From an uncultured Clostridia bacterium (lineage in GTDB: Bacteria > Bacillota > Clostridia > TANB77 > CAG-508), in contig CANQPY010000001.1 in NCBI GenBank assembly GCA_947625835.1, forward strand, positions 115,981 to 179,980: 64,000 bases of DNA, read 5' to 3'. This document shows positions 37,038-46,571 of the stretch, one piece after another. Both the position numbers and the translations under genes were made by a program. Within the stretch, counting starts at the first letter, position 1. Each line of letters starts with the position of its first letter. Under the pieces are notes generated by a model, which saw only the letters and a list, made by a program, of their open reading frames with translations, ran no database searches and was not told the origin of the DNA.

Positions 37038-38144
37038 ATGGATAAAAAAGGGTATACACTTGCGGAATTAAAAAAGAAATATGCCGAAATGAGTAAGAAA
37101 AAGGGTTACAGAGGTTGGTATGAAGCAACCAAACGAAATGCAGGTAATGTACCCCTCAATAATGCTATTTTTAATATGATGATGGGCAGTTCCAAATCAG
37201 TAGATATGGCACAAGTAAATACAAATAATTTTATTGGAGACGCCCCAGCATCAACTGCTGCAGCACCTGCAGTAGCAACGCCAGATGGAGGAGTTGGAAT
37301 GGTAGGGATGGCAGAAGATATTAATAATGAACCCCTAACATTAAAAGTTACTTTTGATGATGGAGATTACTTAATAACCCAATATGAAGGAACTTTCAAA
37401 AATGCTAAAGACCACTTTATAGGAAATTCAATAAAATGGGAAGATGAAGATACAGGAAAGAAAGGGATTGATGTAAAATTAGTTTCTACTGATAGTCATG
37501 TTGCGAGGAAAGAAAATATGAAGATCCAAGAATCTTTTGATAGTAATAAAATAAATGATGCAATTAGAGATCTTGGTAGTGTAGCTAGTTTTACAGCTGA
37601 TGATTGGGTTGCCTTAAAAGACTCACCAGCATTAAATAATATCAGAGATGACCTTTGGATGTATGGTAATGAAGTAAGAGCATTAATGGCTTATGTATTT
37701 GAAGATGAACCCCGTTACGATACAGTTGATATGGTTTATAATAAATATGCGCCTAGAATAGGTATAAGCGTTGATCGTGTTCTTAAAGAATTACAAAAAA
37801 GAGAAGACGAAGAAAGAGAAAAGAAATGGGAGCAAGAAAAAAAGCCAGACCATTTTGATGAAGGTTTCAATGGTGATGAGCATGCACTTATTGAAAGAAT
37901 TAGTAAGCTTAAAGAAGACGAAGTATTAAGATTAAAAAATTCTCATAATGATATAAGTTTAGAACAACCCTTAACAATGTGTATCAAAAAGAACCCTAAA
38001 TTCCCTGGTAGATATATCCTTTGGAATGAAGAGGAAAGTGGCGAGAAATTAAATATTATTAATTTTTCATCTCTTGATAATGCTGTTGCTTGGGCAAAGC
38101 AAACAGACGAATTCCTTGCAGAATCCAAAAAGGAGAACAACTAA
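37038..38144 (+). CDS. hypothetical protein (first gene of the late block)
   Basis: ORF track; GAAAGGTAAA RBS. Confidence 0.85.
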   Translation: MDKKGYTLAELKKKYAEMSKKKGYRGWYEATKRNAGNVPLNNAIFNMMMGSSKSVDMAQVNTNNFIGDAPASTAAAPAVATPDGGVGMVGMAEDINNEPLTLKVTFDDGDYLITQYEGTFKNAKDHFIGNSIKWEDEDTGKKGIDVKLVSTDSHVARKENMKIQESFDSNKINDAIRDLGSVASFTADDWVALKDSPALNNIRDDLWMYGNEVRALMAYVFEDEPRYDTVDMVYNKYAPRIGISVDRVLKELQKREDEEREKKWEQEKKPDHFDEGFNGDEHALIERISKLKEDEVLRLKNSHNDISLEQPLTMCIKKNPKFPGRYILWNEEESGEKLNIINFSSLDNAVAWAKQTDEFLAESKKENN

Positions 38145-38146
38145 TT

Positions 38147-41100
38147 ATGGAATATATTGAATTATTTTATCCAGACCTTCATGTTGAGTTTGATTATGGT
38201 GATGTAGATTGGGAAACTAGAAGGGGTAAAGAAGAATTTGACCAATATGTTGAATATACCTATAAGATAGATAAAGATTCAATTAAGGAAGCAATTCTAA
38301 ATATTATTCCTGAAGATAAATATCAGGAAATTACAAATAGTGCTTCGGATCCTGATAATGAGCTTGATATTGCTTATAAATATATATCTGATCACTTCGA
38401 TGAACTGTTTAATCAATATCAAGATGAAATTTTAGATGAGTTTAGAGACGATGCAGAAGAAGAAGCCAGAAAAACGATAAATCCTGAAGATTATGGTTAT
38501 ATTCCCCTTGAGGAGAGTAAGAAAATGAGTGAATCAACAAGCAAAATCAAAGAAGATTTTGATAATGAGTATTATGAGGATGAAAAGTTTGGTTTTGATA
38601 AAGCAACCCAAGATAAATTTGAGTTCTTAAAAGGCCACAAACGTTATGATGGGCACTTCTCCAAAGACATTGCAGTTTGGGATTTAGATCTCACAGAAAA
38701 GCAAAAAGAATATTTTGATGGTTTTACTGACAGTGATAACTTTGATGATTTCTGGGATGAGAATGAAGAACTATCCAGAGATATTTATATCTCAGGTATA
38801 GAAATGGACCATCTAACCCTTCAAAGTGAACGCCTTGAAGAACCTTTAGAATATGATCCTTTTAACTTCCAAGTAGAAGATGTTGATGAAGCCTTTAAAC
38901 TTTGGTGTAATAATGTCTATGATTTATATCCTCATGAGCGTGCTTATAATGATGAAGAGATGGATGAATTAAAGCAAGAATTTATCGATTGGATTAATGG
39001 CGCATACAAAACACTTAAAGAATTTGATAAAAGGACAGATAAACTAGTAAGCCTACTTAAAAAATCCCTTAATAATTATATAGAACAAGTAGAAATATCT
39101 TCAGAGGGCCCTACAGAAACGCTACAGGAAGACCTTGATGATAAGGATAAAGTATTTGACGATGTAATAAGAAATAAATTTGAATTCTTAAAGAATCATA
39201 AAACACATGATGGTAAATTCTCTAAAGATGTTAAGGTTTGGGATCTAGATCTTACACCCAAACAAGAAGATTACTTTTATGAATTTCTTGAAAGTGGTGC
39301 TCTTGAAAGTTTTTGGGTTGAGAATGAAAAACTAGCCAAAGATATCTACCAAGAAGGTAGATCAATGGGCCATCTAGTGTTAGGTAGTGATAATTGGAGA
39401 AATGAACCAGATTATTACGAAGCAGACAGGTTCCTAGATAATTATGTAGAAGAGTGCTTCGCAGATTGGTTTGATGATTACTACGGTATGAGTCCTGAAG
39501 ATTACGAAGAATCCTGGCCAGAAGATTTCGAAGATGCCAAAGAAGAATTCATTAAATGGATTAATAATGCTTATGAAGCGGTTACTGGATTTGATGAAAG
39601 AGCAGATGAACTTGTAGAATTATTTAAACAATCTCTTGATGACTATATAGAAAAAATAGAAGCACCTTCAGATGATCTTACAGAAACAATGTTTTCAGAA
39701 GTAGAAGATATTGAAGAACCGGAATTGAATAAACCAGAACATGATGAAATAAATGAATCATATTTTGACCCAGCTGCCAAGTATCTGGTAGTGGATGTAA
39801 GTGGTAATTACTTAAATGATTTTGAAGATGCAGATGAAGCAATTGATTGGGTAGAATCTGTTTGGAAAGCATTTGAAGTACAAGAAATAACAGATGATTC
39901 AGCCATTACAATTTGGAGAAGAAATGGATTTCCTGATGGCGACAAAGATGATTTTGACGAATGTTATGATAATGCTTCAGATGAGCTTCCTAAACTAGAA
40001 GAGTCAGTGGATTTCAACCCAGATTTTGATGATGATTTTGCAGGCCACCATTACACATCATATGATCTTTATAAGGCACAGCAGGAAGAAGAGGAAAAAG
40101 AATACAGCGATGAAGAAGCATTTGAGGAAAGAGATCCAAATCGTTACGATGACGAGCATGCAAGAGAATGGATGAAGAGACATCCCCACGGCTGGTACAA
40201 TTCTGAGTCAGATTATGGAGTGGGGGATGAAGACTTTGATGAGTCTTGGAACCCATATGATGAAGAGGACGATGAGGGCGAACCTTTTGAACCTTATTAT
40301 GTAGTAATAGGAACATCAGGTCATTGGATTGGCGATTTTGATTTTCAAGATGATGCAATTGAATTTGCTGAGAAAAATAAAAATGCTGTAAAGGTAGATA
40401 AACAAACGCCTTATGGTCCTAAAACAATTTGGACACGCAAAGAAAAGATGGCAGAAAAACTTTCAGATAAAGCTGAAGCAATTTCATCTAAACTACACAA
40501 AATATATTATAACACAATTGATAGTTTAAGAGATGAGGAGGGTAAGGTTCCCCACGATGATGTTCAAAAAGTATTAGATGCTGTTGATAAGGCCTATGAA
40601 TCCCATCAAGGCGATCCAGATTGGGATGCTGCATATGAAGATGTTTATAAAACAATTTATGACTTTGATGAATCTCTTGAATTAAATGAGTCCTATTTTG
40701 ATTATAACAAATATAAGCTTCCTCGTGATGTAGTTAAGTTCATTAAAGAAACAGCAGAGAAAGATATAAAAGAAAGACTTCATTTTAGTGACCAAGATTG
40801 GTCAGCAATGGATAGTCAAGACACTTCAGATTGGGTGATGGATAGAATAGAGATCAAATTCCCAGGTTGGAAGTGGACAGATGCGAATATGAGCTATGTT
40901 GAAACCATTGTTGATGATATTTTTGATGATATGAGAAAACAAAGCTTCAATGAAGGTGTAATGTCAGACCTAGACTTGGATGTTCAAGAAGCAGGTGATA
41001 AAGATACCCTAATAACTAAACTTGAATATGATGTTAAAAAGTTAAGGCAAGAAATGCACTTCCTAACAAAGCAAGCGCCAAGAGAAGTAGGAAAAGGTGG

Positions 41101-41203
41101 AGCATTTGATTCCCAAGAAGAAATAGATGATGCTCTTAAAGCTACAGAAAGAGCATTGAATAGAGCTGAATTAAAACTCAGCATCTTAAGAGGTAACAAA
41201 TAA
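38147..41203 (+). CDS. large acidic repeat protein (1018 aa)
   Basis: ORF 38090..41203 trimmed to ATG 38147 after AAAGGAG. Internal duplication (DKFEFLKGHKRYDGHFSKDIAVWDLDLT.. / NKFEFLKNHKTHDGKFSKDVKVWDLDLT..). Confidence 0.85.
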   Translation: MEYIELFYPDLHVEFDYGDVDWETRRGKEEFDQYVEYTYKIDKDSIKEAILNIIPEDKYQEITNSASDPDNELDIAYKYISDHFDELFNQYQDEILDEFRDDAEEEARKTINPEDYGYIPLEESKKMSESTSKIKEDFDNEYYEDEKFGFDKATQDKFEFLKGHKRYDGHFSKDIAVWDLDLTEKQKEYFDGFTDSDNFDDFWDENEELSRDIYISGIEMDHLTLQSERLEEPLEYDPFNFQVEDVDEAFKLWCNNVYDLYPHERAYNDEEMDELKQEFIDWINGAYKTLKEFDKRTDKLVSLLKKSLNNYIEQVEISSEGPTETLQEDLDDKDKVFDDVIRNKFEFLKNHKTHDGKFSKDVKVWDLDLTPKQEDYFYEFLESGALESFWVENEKLAKDIYQEGRSMGHLVLGSDNWRNEPDYYEADRFLDNYVEECFADWFDDYYGMSPEDYEESWPEDFEDAKEEFIKWINNAYEAVTGFDERADELVELFKQSLDDYIEKIEAPSDDLTETMFSEVEDIEEPELNKPEHDEINESYFDPAAKYLVVDVSGNYLNDFEDADEAIDWVESVWKAFEVQEITDDSAITIWRRNGFPDGDKDDFDECYDNASDELPKLEESVDFNPDFDDDFAGHHYTSYDLYKAQQEEEEKEYSDEEAFEERDPNRYDDEHAREWMKRHPHGWYNSESDYGVGDEDFDESWNPYDEEDDEGEPFEPYYVVIGTSGHWIGDFDFQDDAIEFAEKNKNAVKVDKQTPYGPKTIWTRKEKMAEKLSDKAEAISSKLHKIYYNTIDSLRDEEGKVPHDDVQKVLDAVDKAYESHQGDPDWDAAYEDVYKTIYDFDESLELNESYFDYNKYKLPRDVVKFIKETAEKDIKERLHFSDQDWSAMDSQDTSDWVMDRIEIKFPGWKWTDANMSYVETIVDDIFDDMRKQSFNEGVMSDLDLDVQEAGDKDTLITKLEYDVKKLRQEMHFLTKQAPREVGKGGAFDSQEEIDDALKATERALNRAELKLSILRGNK

Positions 41204-42015
41204 TGGCAGAAAAATTAAGTGAAGCAGTAGAAAAAGTAGGTTATGATATTCTCCCAGAAGCTAAGCCAGAAGATTTTGAAGTAACTACTGTAGCAGCAGT
41301 TTCGGAACCTTTTGCAGATGCTAAAGTTAGAAATAAGGCAGCTAGAGAAAAATTTAAGAAAATGATTGATACTCAGACTAAACAAGCCAAAGAAACATTA
41401 AAACTTGATGATCAATTAAAAGAAAGACAAGTAAATGGGAATGGTAAGTTAGTTGAAAAAGTACATAGTAATCAAGAGGTCAAAGATGCTGTAAAAAAAG
41501 CATTTGATGAATCTTACCAAAATGTTTATAATTACATTTATGAAGATCTTGCAGCTAAGCTTGAAGAAAATGGAGTATATAATGAGCCAGCTTTTTATTA
41601 TGTTCCAACCACAATAAAATCAGGGCTTAAATCTCTTTATGATGATATTCAGGCTGATTATCTTAAAGACTATATAGGCATAAAAATAAACGAGAATAAC
41701 AATCAACCTAAACCTAAAATCTCCCTTGACGAAGGATTATTTGAAACAGTTATTACTCCTACGAACATTAAAGAAAGTACAGATTCTAAAAAACTAACAG
41801 AAGCAAAAATCATTGCTGATGTGAGAGAATATAAACCTTGGCAAGGCGCAGTTACCACATATGAAAAAATTCAAGAAGCAGACAAATTAGATAATTTTTA
41901 CGATTTACTTGATGAAGTATACCCAGCTGGTATAGACGTTCAGGCATTAAATGATTTACTTTGGTTTGAGGCTGATTGGATTTATGAAATGCTTGGTATG
42001 GAGGTAGAGCAATGA
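41203..42015 (+). CDS. hypothetical protein
   Basis: ORF track; TAATG overlap. Confidence 0.85.
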   Translation: MAEKLSEAVEKVGYDILPEAKPEDFEVTTVAAVSEPFADAKVRNKAAREKFKKMIDTQTKQAKETLKLDDQLKERQVNGNGKLVEKVHSNQEVKDAVKKAFDESYQNVYNYIYEDLAAKLEENGVYNEPAFYYVPTTIKSGLKSLYDDIQADYLKDYIGIKINENNNQPKPKISLDEGLFETVITPTNIKESTDSKKLTEAKIIADVREYKPWQGAVTTYEKIQEADKLDNFYDLLDEVYPAGIDVQALNDLLWFEADWIYEMLGMEVEQ

Positions 42016-43424
42016 AATTTATAAAGGAATCTATTGAACTCAAGGGTATAGAAGAGGCTATTGAAGAATGTATCCATCCAGTTCAAGAAGAAAAAAATAA
42101 AATTTCAAGAAGATGGGGCCATACCTGGTATTTTGATAGACTAGGCAATGTAGAAAAAGTAAAAGCCAAAGATGGTACAGTTTTACATAGGGGTGAAAAA
42201 TTCCAATCCGGTAAAGATTTTTATGTTATAAATGGGTTTGACCCAGATACTGATACCGTATTTGTTGTAGAACCAGATAATTATGATCCCCATGATTGGG
42301 ATGCTGGTATTGATTATGCAGTTGAAGATGTTGCAGAAATTTTTAAGGGTTGGGATAAACAATCCTTAGATGAATCTAAAATAAAAACTGTTGAGAAGTG
42401 GGGTCATACCTGGTACATCAATGAGGACAGTAAGATAGAAGGCCAGAAAGTAGAAAAAGTTGAGACTAAGAATGGTGTTACTATCAAATTAGAAGATGTT
42501 CTTACAGATGAACAAGGTAATAAATATCATGTAAATAGTCTTCAAATAGATGATGATACAGTTTCTCTATTTAATGAAAAAACAGGTGGAGAGGGTAGGC
42601 TAGATATAGAAGAAGCCGAAGAAATGGTTAAGAATCCCGGGCAAGTAGAAGAACGCCCAGCCCAAGAATATATTGCAACTTTTTCTAAAAATACATTAGA
42701 TGATCTTCCTGGATTCCCTGAAGATATGCATTGGTATGCAAATAGATATGCGCTTGATTTTAAGACTTCCGACCATTCAAGTTATTACACAGTAACAGGT
42801 ACAAAAGAAGACGTTGATAGATTTGTTAGAGACTTTGATATCAAGGTTTTTGATGAATCCCTTAATGAGGAGATGGAGCGCAATATTTATAGAGTTACCT
42901 ATGTAGTAGATAAAGATGCAAATATCTTCAGTGCTGTAATGATTAATGCAAGAGGCGAAGCTGATGCACAGTCAATTTTTCTAAAGAAATTTCCTGATAT
43001 AGAAATTCTTGGTATTAGGAAGTTGGATGATAGGGAAGTAGAAACCAATAAGAAAAAAGGAATGAGCCTTATTGAAGATCTCAATGTAGACGCACTTGAA
43101 GCTGAAGAGGAAGCTACGGAAAATAATCCTGAACCTCCAGTTGCAGGTGAAGAAAGTGCAGCAGCATCTATTATCAACTCCCTAATTAGAGATGAATGGT
43201 TAGCTATTGAGCAATATAATACTGCAATGGTTAACTTAAAAGAATATGGTATAGACGAAAAAATAATAGAAGTTCTTAACCATATTATGATGGATGAAAA
43301 TACCCACGTAGGAAACCTACAAGAAGTTTTAGCTTTACTTGCCCCAGCTACAGATAAAATTGAGAAAGGTAATGAACAAGCTGAACAAATTCTTGGTACT
43401 GAAAATGAAGAAGTTGGAGTTTAA
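42012..43424 (+). CDS. hypothetical protein with possible ferritin-like helical C-terminus
   Basis: ORF track; internal repeat RWGHTWYFDR / KWGHTWYINE; C-terminal ..RDEWLAIEQYN..MMDENTHVGNLQE. Confidence 0.8.
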   Translation: MKFIKESIELKGIEEAIEECIHPVQEEKNKISRRWGHTWYFDRLGNVEKVKAKDGTVLHRGEKFQSGKDFYVINGFDPDTDTVFVVEPDNYDPHDWDAGIDYAVEDVAEIFKGWDKQSLDESKIKTVEKWGHTWYINEDSKIEGQKVEKVETKNGVTIKLEDVLTDEQGNKYHVNSLQIDDDTVSLFNEKTGGEGRLDIEEAEEMVKNPGQVEERPAQEYIATFSKNTLDDLPGFPEDMHWYANRYALDFKTSDHSSYYTVTGTKEDVDRFVRDFDIKVFDESLNEEMERNIYRVTYVVDKDANIFSAVMINARGEADAQSIFLKKFPDIEILGIRKLDDREVETNKKKGMSLIEDLNVDALEAEEEATENNPEPPVAGEESAAASIINSLIRDEWLAIEQYNTAMVNLKEYGIDEKIIEVLNHIMMDENTHVGNLQEVLALLAPATDKIEKGNEQAEQILGTENEEVGV

Positions 43425-43428
43425 TAAA

Positions 43429-44202
43429 ATGAGACAGATTAAAAGATTACAAGAAATGTCAAGACCAGTAGGTACTAAAAATATCCCTTTACAAAAATAT
43501 GGTTTTGTAAGAGTACCTGAGAAAGATTTTACAGATGATGGTGCAAGATTCACAGCATATGCTTATGACCCAGAAGGAAAGGGTGACCAAACCTTTATTA
43601 TGACCAAAACAATTTATGATGGCGAAGCCTATCTTTCTGTAGGATATACTCTTCCTGGCACAAACCGTACCAAATATATAGATGATCTTAATGGTGTTTC
43701 TATTGATGAAGCAATTGAAGGACTGCCAGATTTGATTAAGAAAATTCAAGAAGCCCAAAAAGAAGTTGCAAGCTTTACTGCACAGACTCTTACAGATGAA
43801 GAAATTGAAAAATTTTCTGATGAAGTTGCTGAAAAAGCTACAAAAGATAATGGATGGGAAACAGCTAAAGAAGTTCTCAATCAACATGGTTTTGATGCAG
43901 ATCAATTGGAAGCATCTGTTGCTATGAAGTATAGGAAAGCATGGGAACCAAAAGTTAAAAATAAATTTACCGCAACTCTTAGTAAAGACAAGCTTAGAGG
44001 TATAGCTGCAGATCTATTAAAAAAAGCGATTGCAAATTATAAATATTCCGATTTTAATATTGAAAAAGCAATAGATAATGCTTCTGCATATATCCGTGAT
44101 AAAGATGGGTATATCTACATTAGTGATCTTGATCCAGAAACTGTTAAAAGAATGAAGGAATGGGCTAAGCGTAAATTAACTTCAGCTGATGATTTTGAAT
44201 AA
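43429..44202 (+). CDS. hypothetical protein
   Basis: ORF 43339..44202 trimmed to the first ATG after the previous stop. Confidence 0.8.
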   Translation: MRQIKRLQEMSRPVGTKNIPLQKYGFVRVPEKDFTDDGARFTAYAYDPEGKGDQTFIMTKTIYDGEAYLSVGYTLPGTNRTKYIDDLNGVSIDEAIEGLPDLIKKIQEAQKEVASFTAQTLTDEEIEKFSDEVAEKATKDNGWETAKEVLNQHGFDADQLEASVAMKYRKAWEPKVKNKFTATLSKDKLRGIAADLLKKAIANYKYSDFNIEKAIDNASAYIRDKDGYIYISDLDPETVKRMKEWAKRKLTSADDFE

Positions 44203-44214
44203 GAGGAATTAAAT

Positions 44215-44727
44215 ATGAAATATGTTGAAATAGGTGCAAGACGTGAAGCATATAGTGTAGATGATGTTGCTGGAAGCACACTTACAGTAGGCGAACTAAT
44301 AGACATATTAGAAGAAATTGGGGACGAAGTTGGGGAGGATGCTCCTATTGTTGTAAGTCATGATGGCGGTTACACTTATGGTTCCATTCATGAAAGTTAT
44401 ATAAGCATAGCAGAAACAGATGAAGAGCCTGAAGAAGAGGAAGAAGAAGAAATTGAAGTAGATGATACTTTTGAAGAGTCTTTTGGTTATAGGGCATGCG
44501 GAGAAGATAAAGAACCAGAAGATGATGGTTCTGATGGTTTAGATGAGCATTGTCTCCATTGTGATGGTGAAGATGATGATTTTGAATGTGATGATGATTT
44601 TGGCGACCATGAAAATTCCTATGACGTTGATGAAGCATACTCTTTCAAGGGTCTTAATGATAGGTTTGGTGGTAAGACACTAGCAGAAAGTCTTCGTCCT
44701 AGAACGATTAAGGGAAAGAAAAAGTAA
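44215..44727 (+). CDS. highly acidic protein
   Basis: ORF track; TDEEPEEEEEEEIEVDD. Confidence 0.8.
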   Translation: MKYVEIGARREAYSVDDVAGSTLTVGELIDILEEIGDEVGEDAPIVVSHDGGYTYGSIHESYISIAETDEEPEEEEEEEIEVDDTFEESFGYRACGEDKEPEDDGSDGLDEHCLHCDGEDDDFECDDDFGDHENSYDVDEAYSFKGLNDRFGGKTLAESLRPRTIKGKKK

Positions 44728-44745
44728 CGTTTTGGAGGTAACTAA

Positions 44746-45318
44746 ATGTTACTACAAAAAGAAAATATAAAAAGACCTGTCAGAAGAACTCCAATAAGAG
44801 AATCAATGGATGACAGATTATACATAACTAAAAAGAAAGCCTCATTGAGAGAGGACGACGATGTAGTTATAGATTTTGATGATGATATAGATGGAATTGA
44901 ATTTGAAGGGAATGGTTACCAACCTAAAAAAGACAAATATGAAATCCCCTCACATGATTCTAATATAAGACATCCATCAGACAATATTCAATCAATTTTA
45001 CTTGAGATCAATGATAGATTAGCAAATATAGAAAACATGTTACGTAGTAATAATGAACAAAAAGTAACAGTTACTACTCAACAAACAACCACAACCCCAG
45101 TAAATGAATCTTTAATGAATGGGGATATTATGAATAGGTTAAGACCACCTCAAAATGTGGTACCTGAAGGATCTATGTTGGGGGAAATTCAATCAGTACT
45201 TGCACAACAGGCCAGTTTAACAGGAAATGATTCTCAAACAACTGGTGCTGCAGACGTTTCTGGGATATGTACATTACCTACTTCAGCTTATGATGATGAA
45301 GTTCCAGATATAGAGTAA
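44746..45318 (+). CDS. hypothetical protein
   Basis: ORF track; GGAGGT RBS. Confidence 0.8.
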   Translation: MLLQKENIKRPVRRTPIRESMDDRLYITKKKASLREDDDVVIDFDDDIDGIEFEGNGYQPKKDKYEIPSHDSNIRHPSDNIQSILLEINDRLANIENMLRSNNEQKVTVTTQQTTTTPVNESLMNGDIMNRLRPPQNVVPEGSMLGEIQSVLAQQASLTGNDSQTTGAADVSGICTLPTSAYDDEVPDIE

Positions 45319-45343
45319 AATAAAAAGTAGGGGAGAGAGAAAC

Positions 45344-45976
45344 ATGCCTTTAGATAGATTTATGAATTACAAATTAATTCCTGAAGATTATGTACCTGAT
45401 AATATCCATCAACCCCAAATTCAACCTAAAGAGCCAAAGCTTCCCCTAGTTGCATATAATAAGCAGGGTGATCCAATAGGATTTACTTGGAATTATGGTG
45501 ATACAATATACCTAGAATTTAATACTGAGGGAAGTGTTACATATGATCCTGGAGATCCAGGCTACAAAGATTTTTCTAATATAGAAGAAGAGGCATCTCT
45601 TTATCTTTCTTCAAAAACCCCTTCTGATTATCCTCATTCAGACGATAATGGAATAAAATTAAAAAGTGAAACATCTTCAGTTAGTGATGATGAAGATGAA
45701 AATGAACATTCTGCAGAAGAATATTTAAATGAGGAAGATGGTTCTAAAATATTTCAGGTATTGATTTATAATTTTAGATATGAGGTTGTTGCCTGGTGTG
45801 AAGCCAAGGCTTCAGATAAAGTAGTTGTACTATCAGATAGTTTTTATCCTCATAGCTTAGTTAAAGGTACATACAAATTAAAACTAAATTTAATAGATAA
45901 AAACGCAGGTACTCAATTAACACTAATTCCAGATAATAATGGTACAGGTGAAGAGTGTATCCTTTTCATTAAATAA
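45344..45976 (+). CDS. hypothetical protein
   Basis: ORF track; GGGGAGAG RBS. Confidence 0.8.
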   Translation: MPLDRFMNYKLIPEDYVPDNIHQPQIQPKEPKLPLVAYNKQGDPIGFTWNYGDTIYLEFNTEGSVTYDPGDPGYKDFSNIEEEASLYLSSKTPSDYPHSDDNGIKLKSETSSVSDDEDENEHSAEEYLNEEDGSKIFQVLIYNFRYEVVAWCEAKASDKVVVLSDSFYPHSLVKGTYKLKLNLIDKNAGTQLTLIPDNNGTGEECILFIK

Positions 45977-45989
45977 AGAGGTAAATCAT

Positions 45990-46544
45990 ATGCAAAATAA
46001 TTTACATACAACTATAAAAGCATACGTTAAATTAAGTCCCTCAGTATTATCTAATTATGTAGAATCAGAAGACTTAAAGAAACAACTACAGGATTATGTT
46101 AAAGAAGCACCTACTGATGGTTTTACATATGGTAGAAGGAATAAAGAATGGGTTGAACTAGAAGCAACCGCTGTTAGAAATGTAAGATTAAGATGGGGTA
46201 CCAGCATTAAAGAAATATTTACATCTGGGTCTGATGATATAACTAATCTTGAATTTAGACAAGATATTTATAAAGAAGGCCAAGATAAATATGTGCTTAG
46301 GAAATCACTTCCTGTAACTTCTAACAGTTATGGTTGGATATGCTGTTCACATAAGATATTAAGTATTCAATGCAAATTAGGTGAGGGATATATGGGTCCC
46401 TGGGATTCTGAATTAACTCCAAAAGAAACAGTTATGGGCGCTGATGGTGTTCCTTATTACTGTTACAGAACAGTTGATAAATTGGGCTCTGGTCATTCCT
46501 GGGAGTTATTAATAGAAATTGATGCACATAAAGAATCCGACTAA
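45990..46544 (+). CDS. hypothetical protein
   Basis: ORF 45939..46544 trimmed to ATG 45990 after AAAGAGGTAAA. Confidence 0.75.
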   Translation: MQNNLHTTIKAYVKLSPSVLSNYVESEDLKKQLQDYVKEAPTDGFTYGRRNKEWVELEATAVRNVRLRWGTSIKEIFTSGSDDITNLEFRQDIYKEGQDKYVLRKSLPVTSNSYGWICCSHKILSIQCKLGEGYMGPWDSELTPKETVMGADGVPYYCYRTVDKLGSGHSWELLIEIDAHKESD

Positions 46545-46571
46545 TGTAAATAATATAGGAGCTTACTTGCT

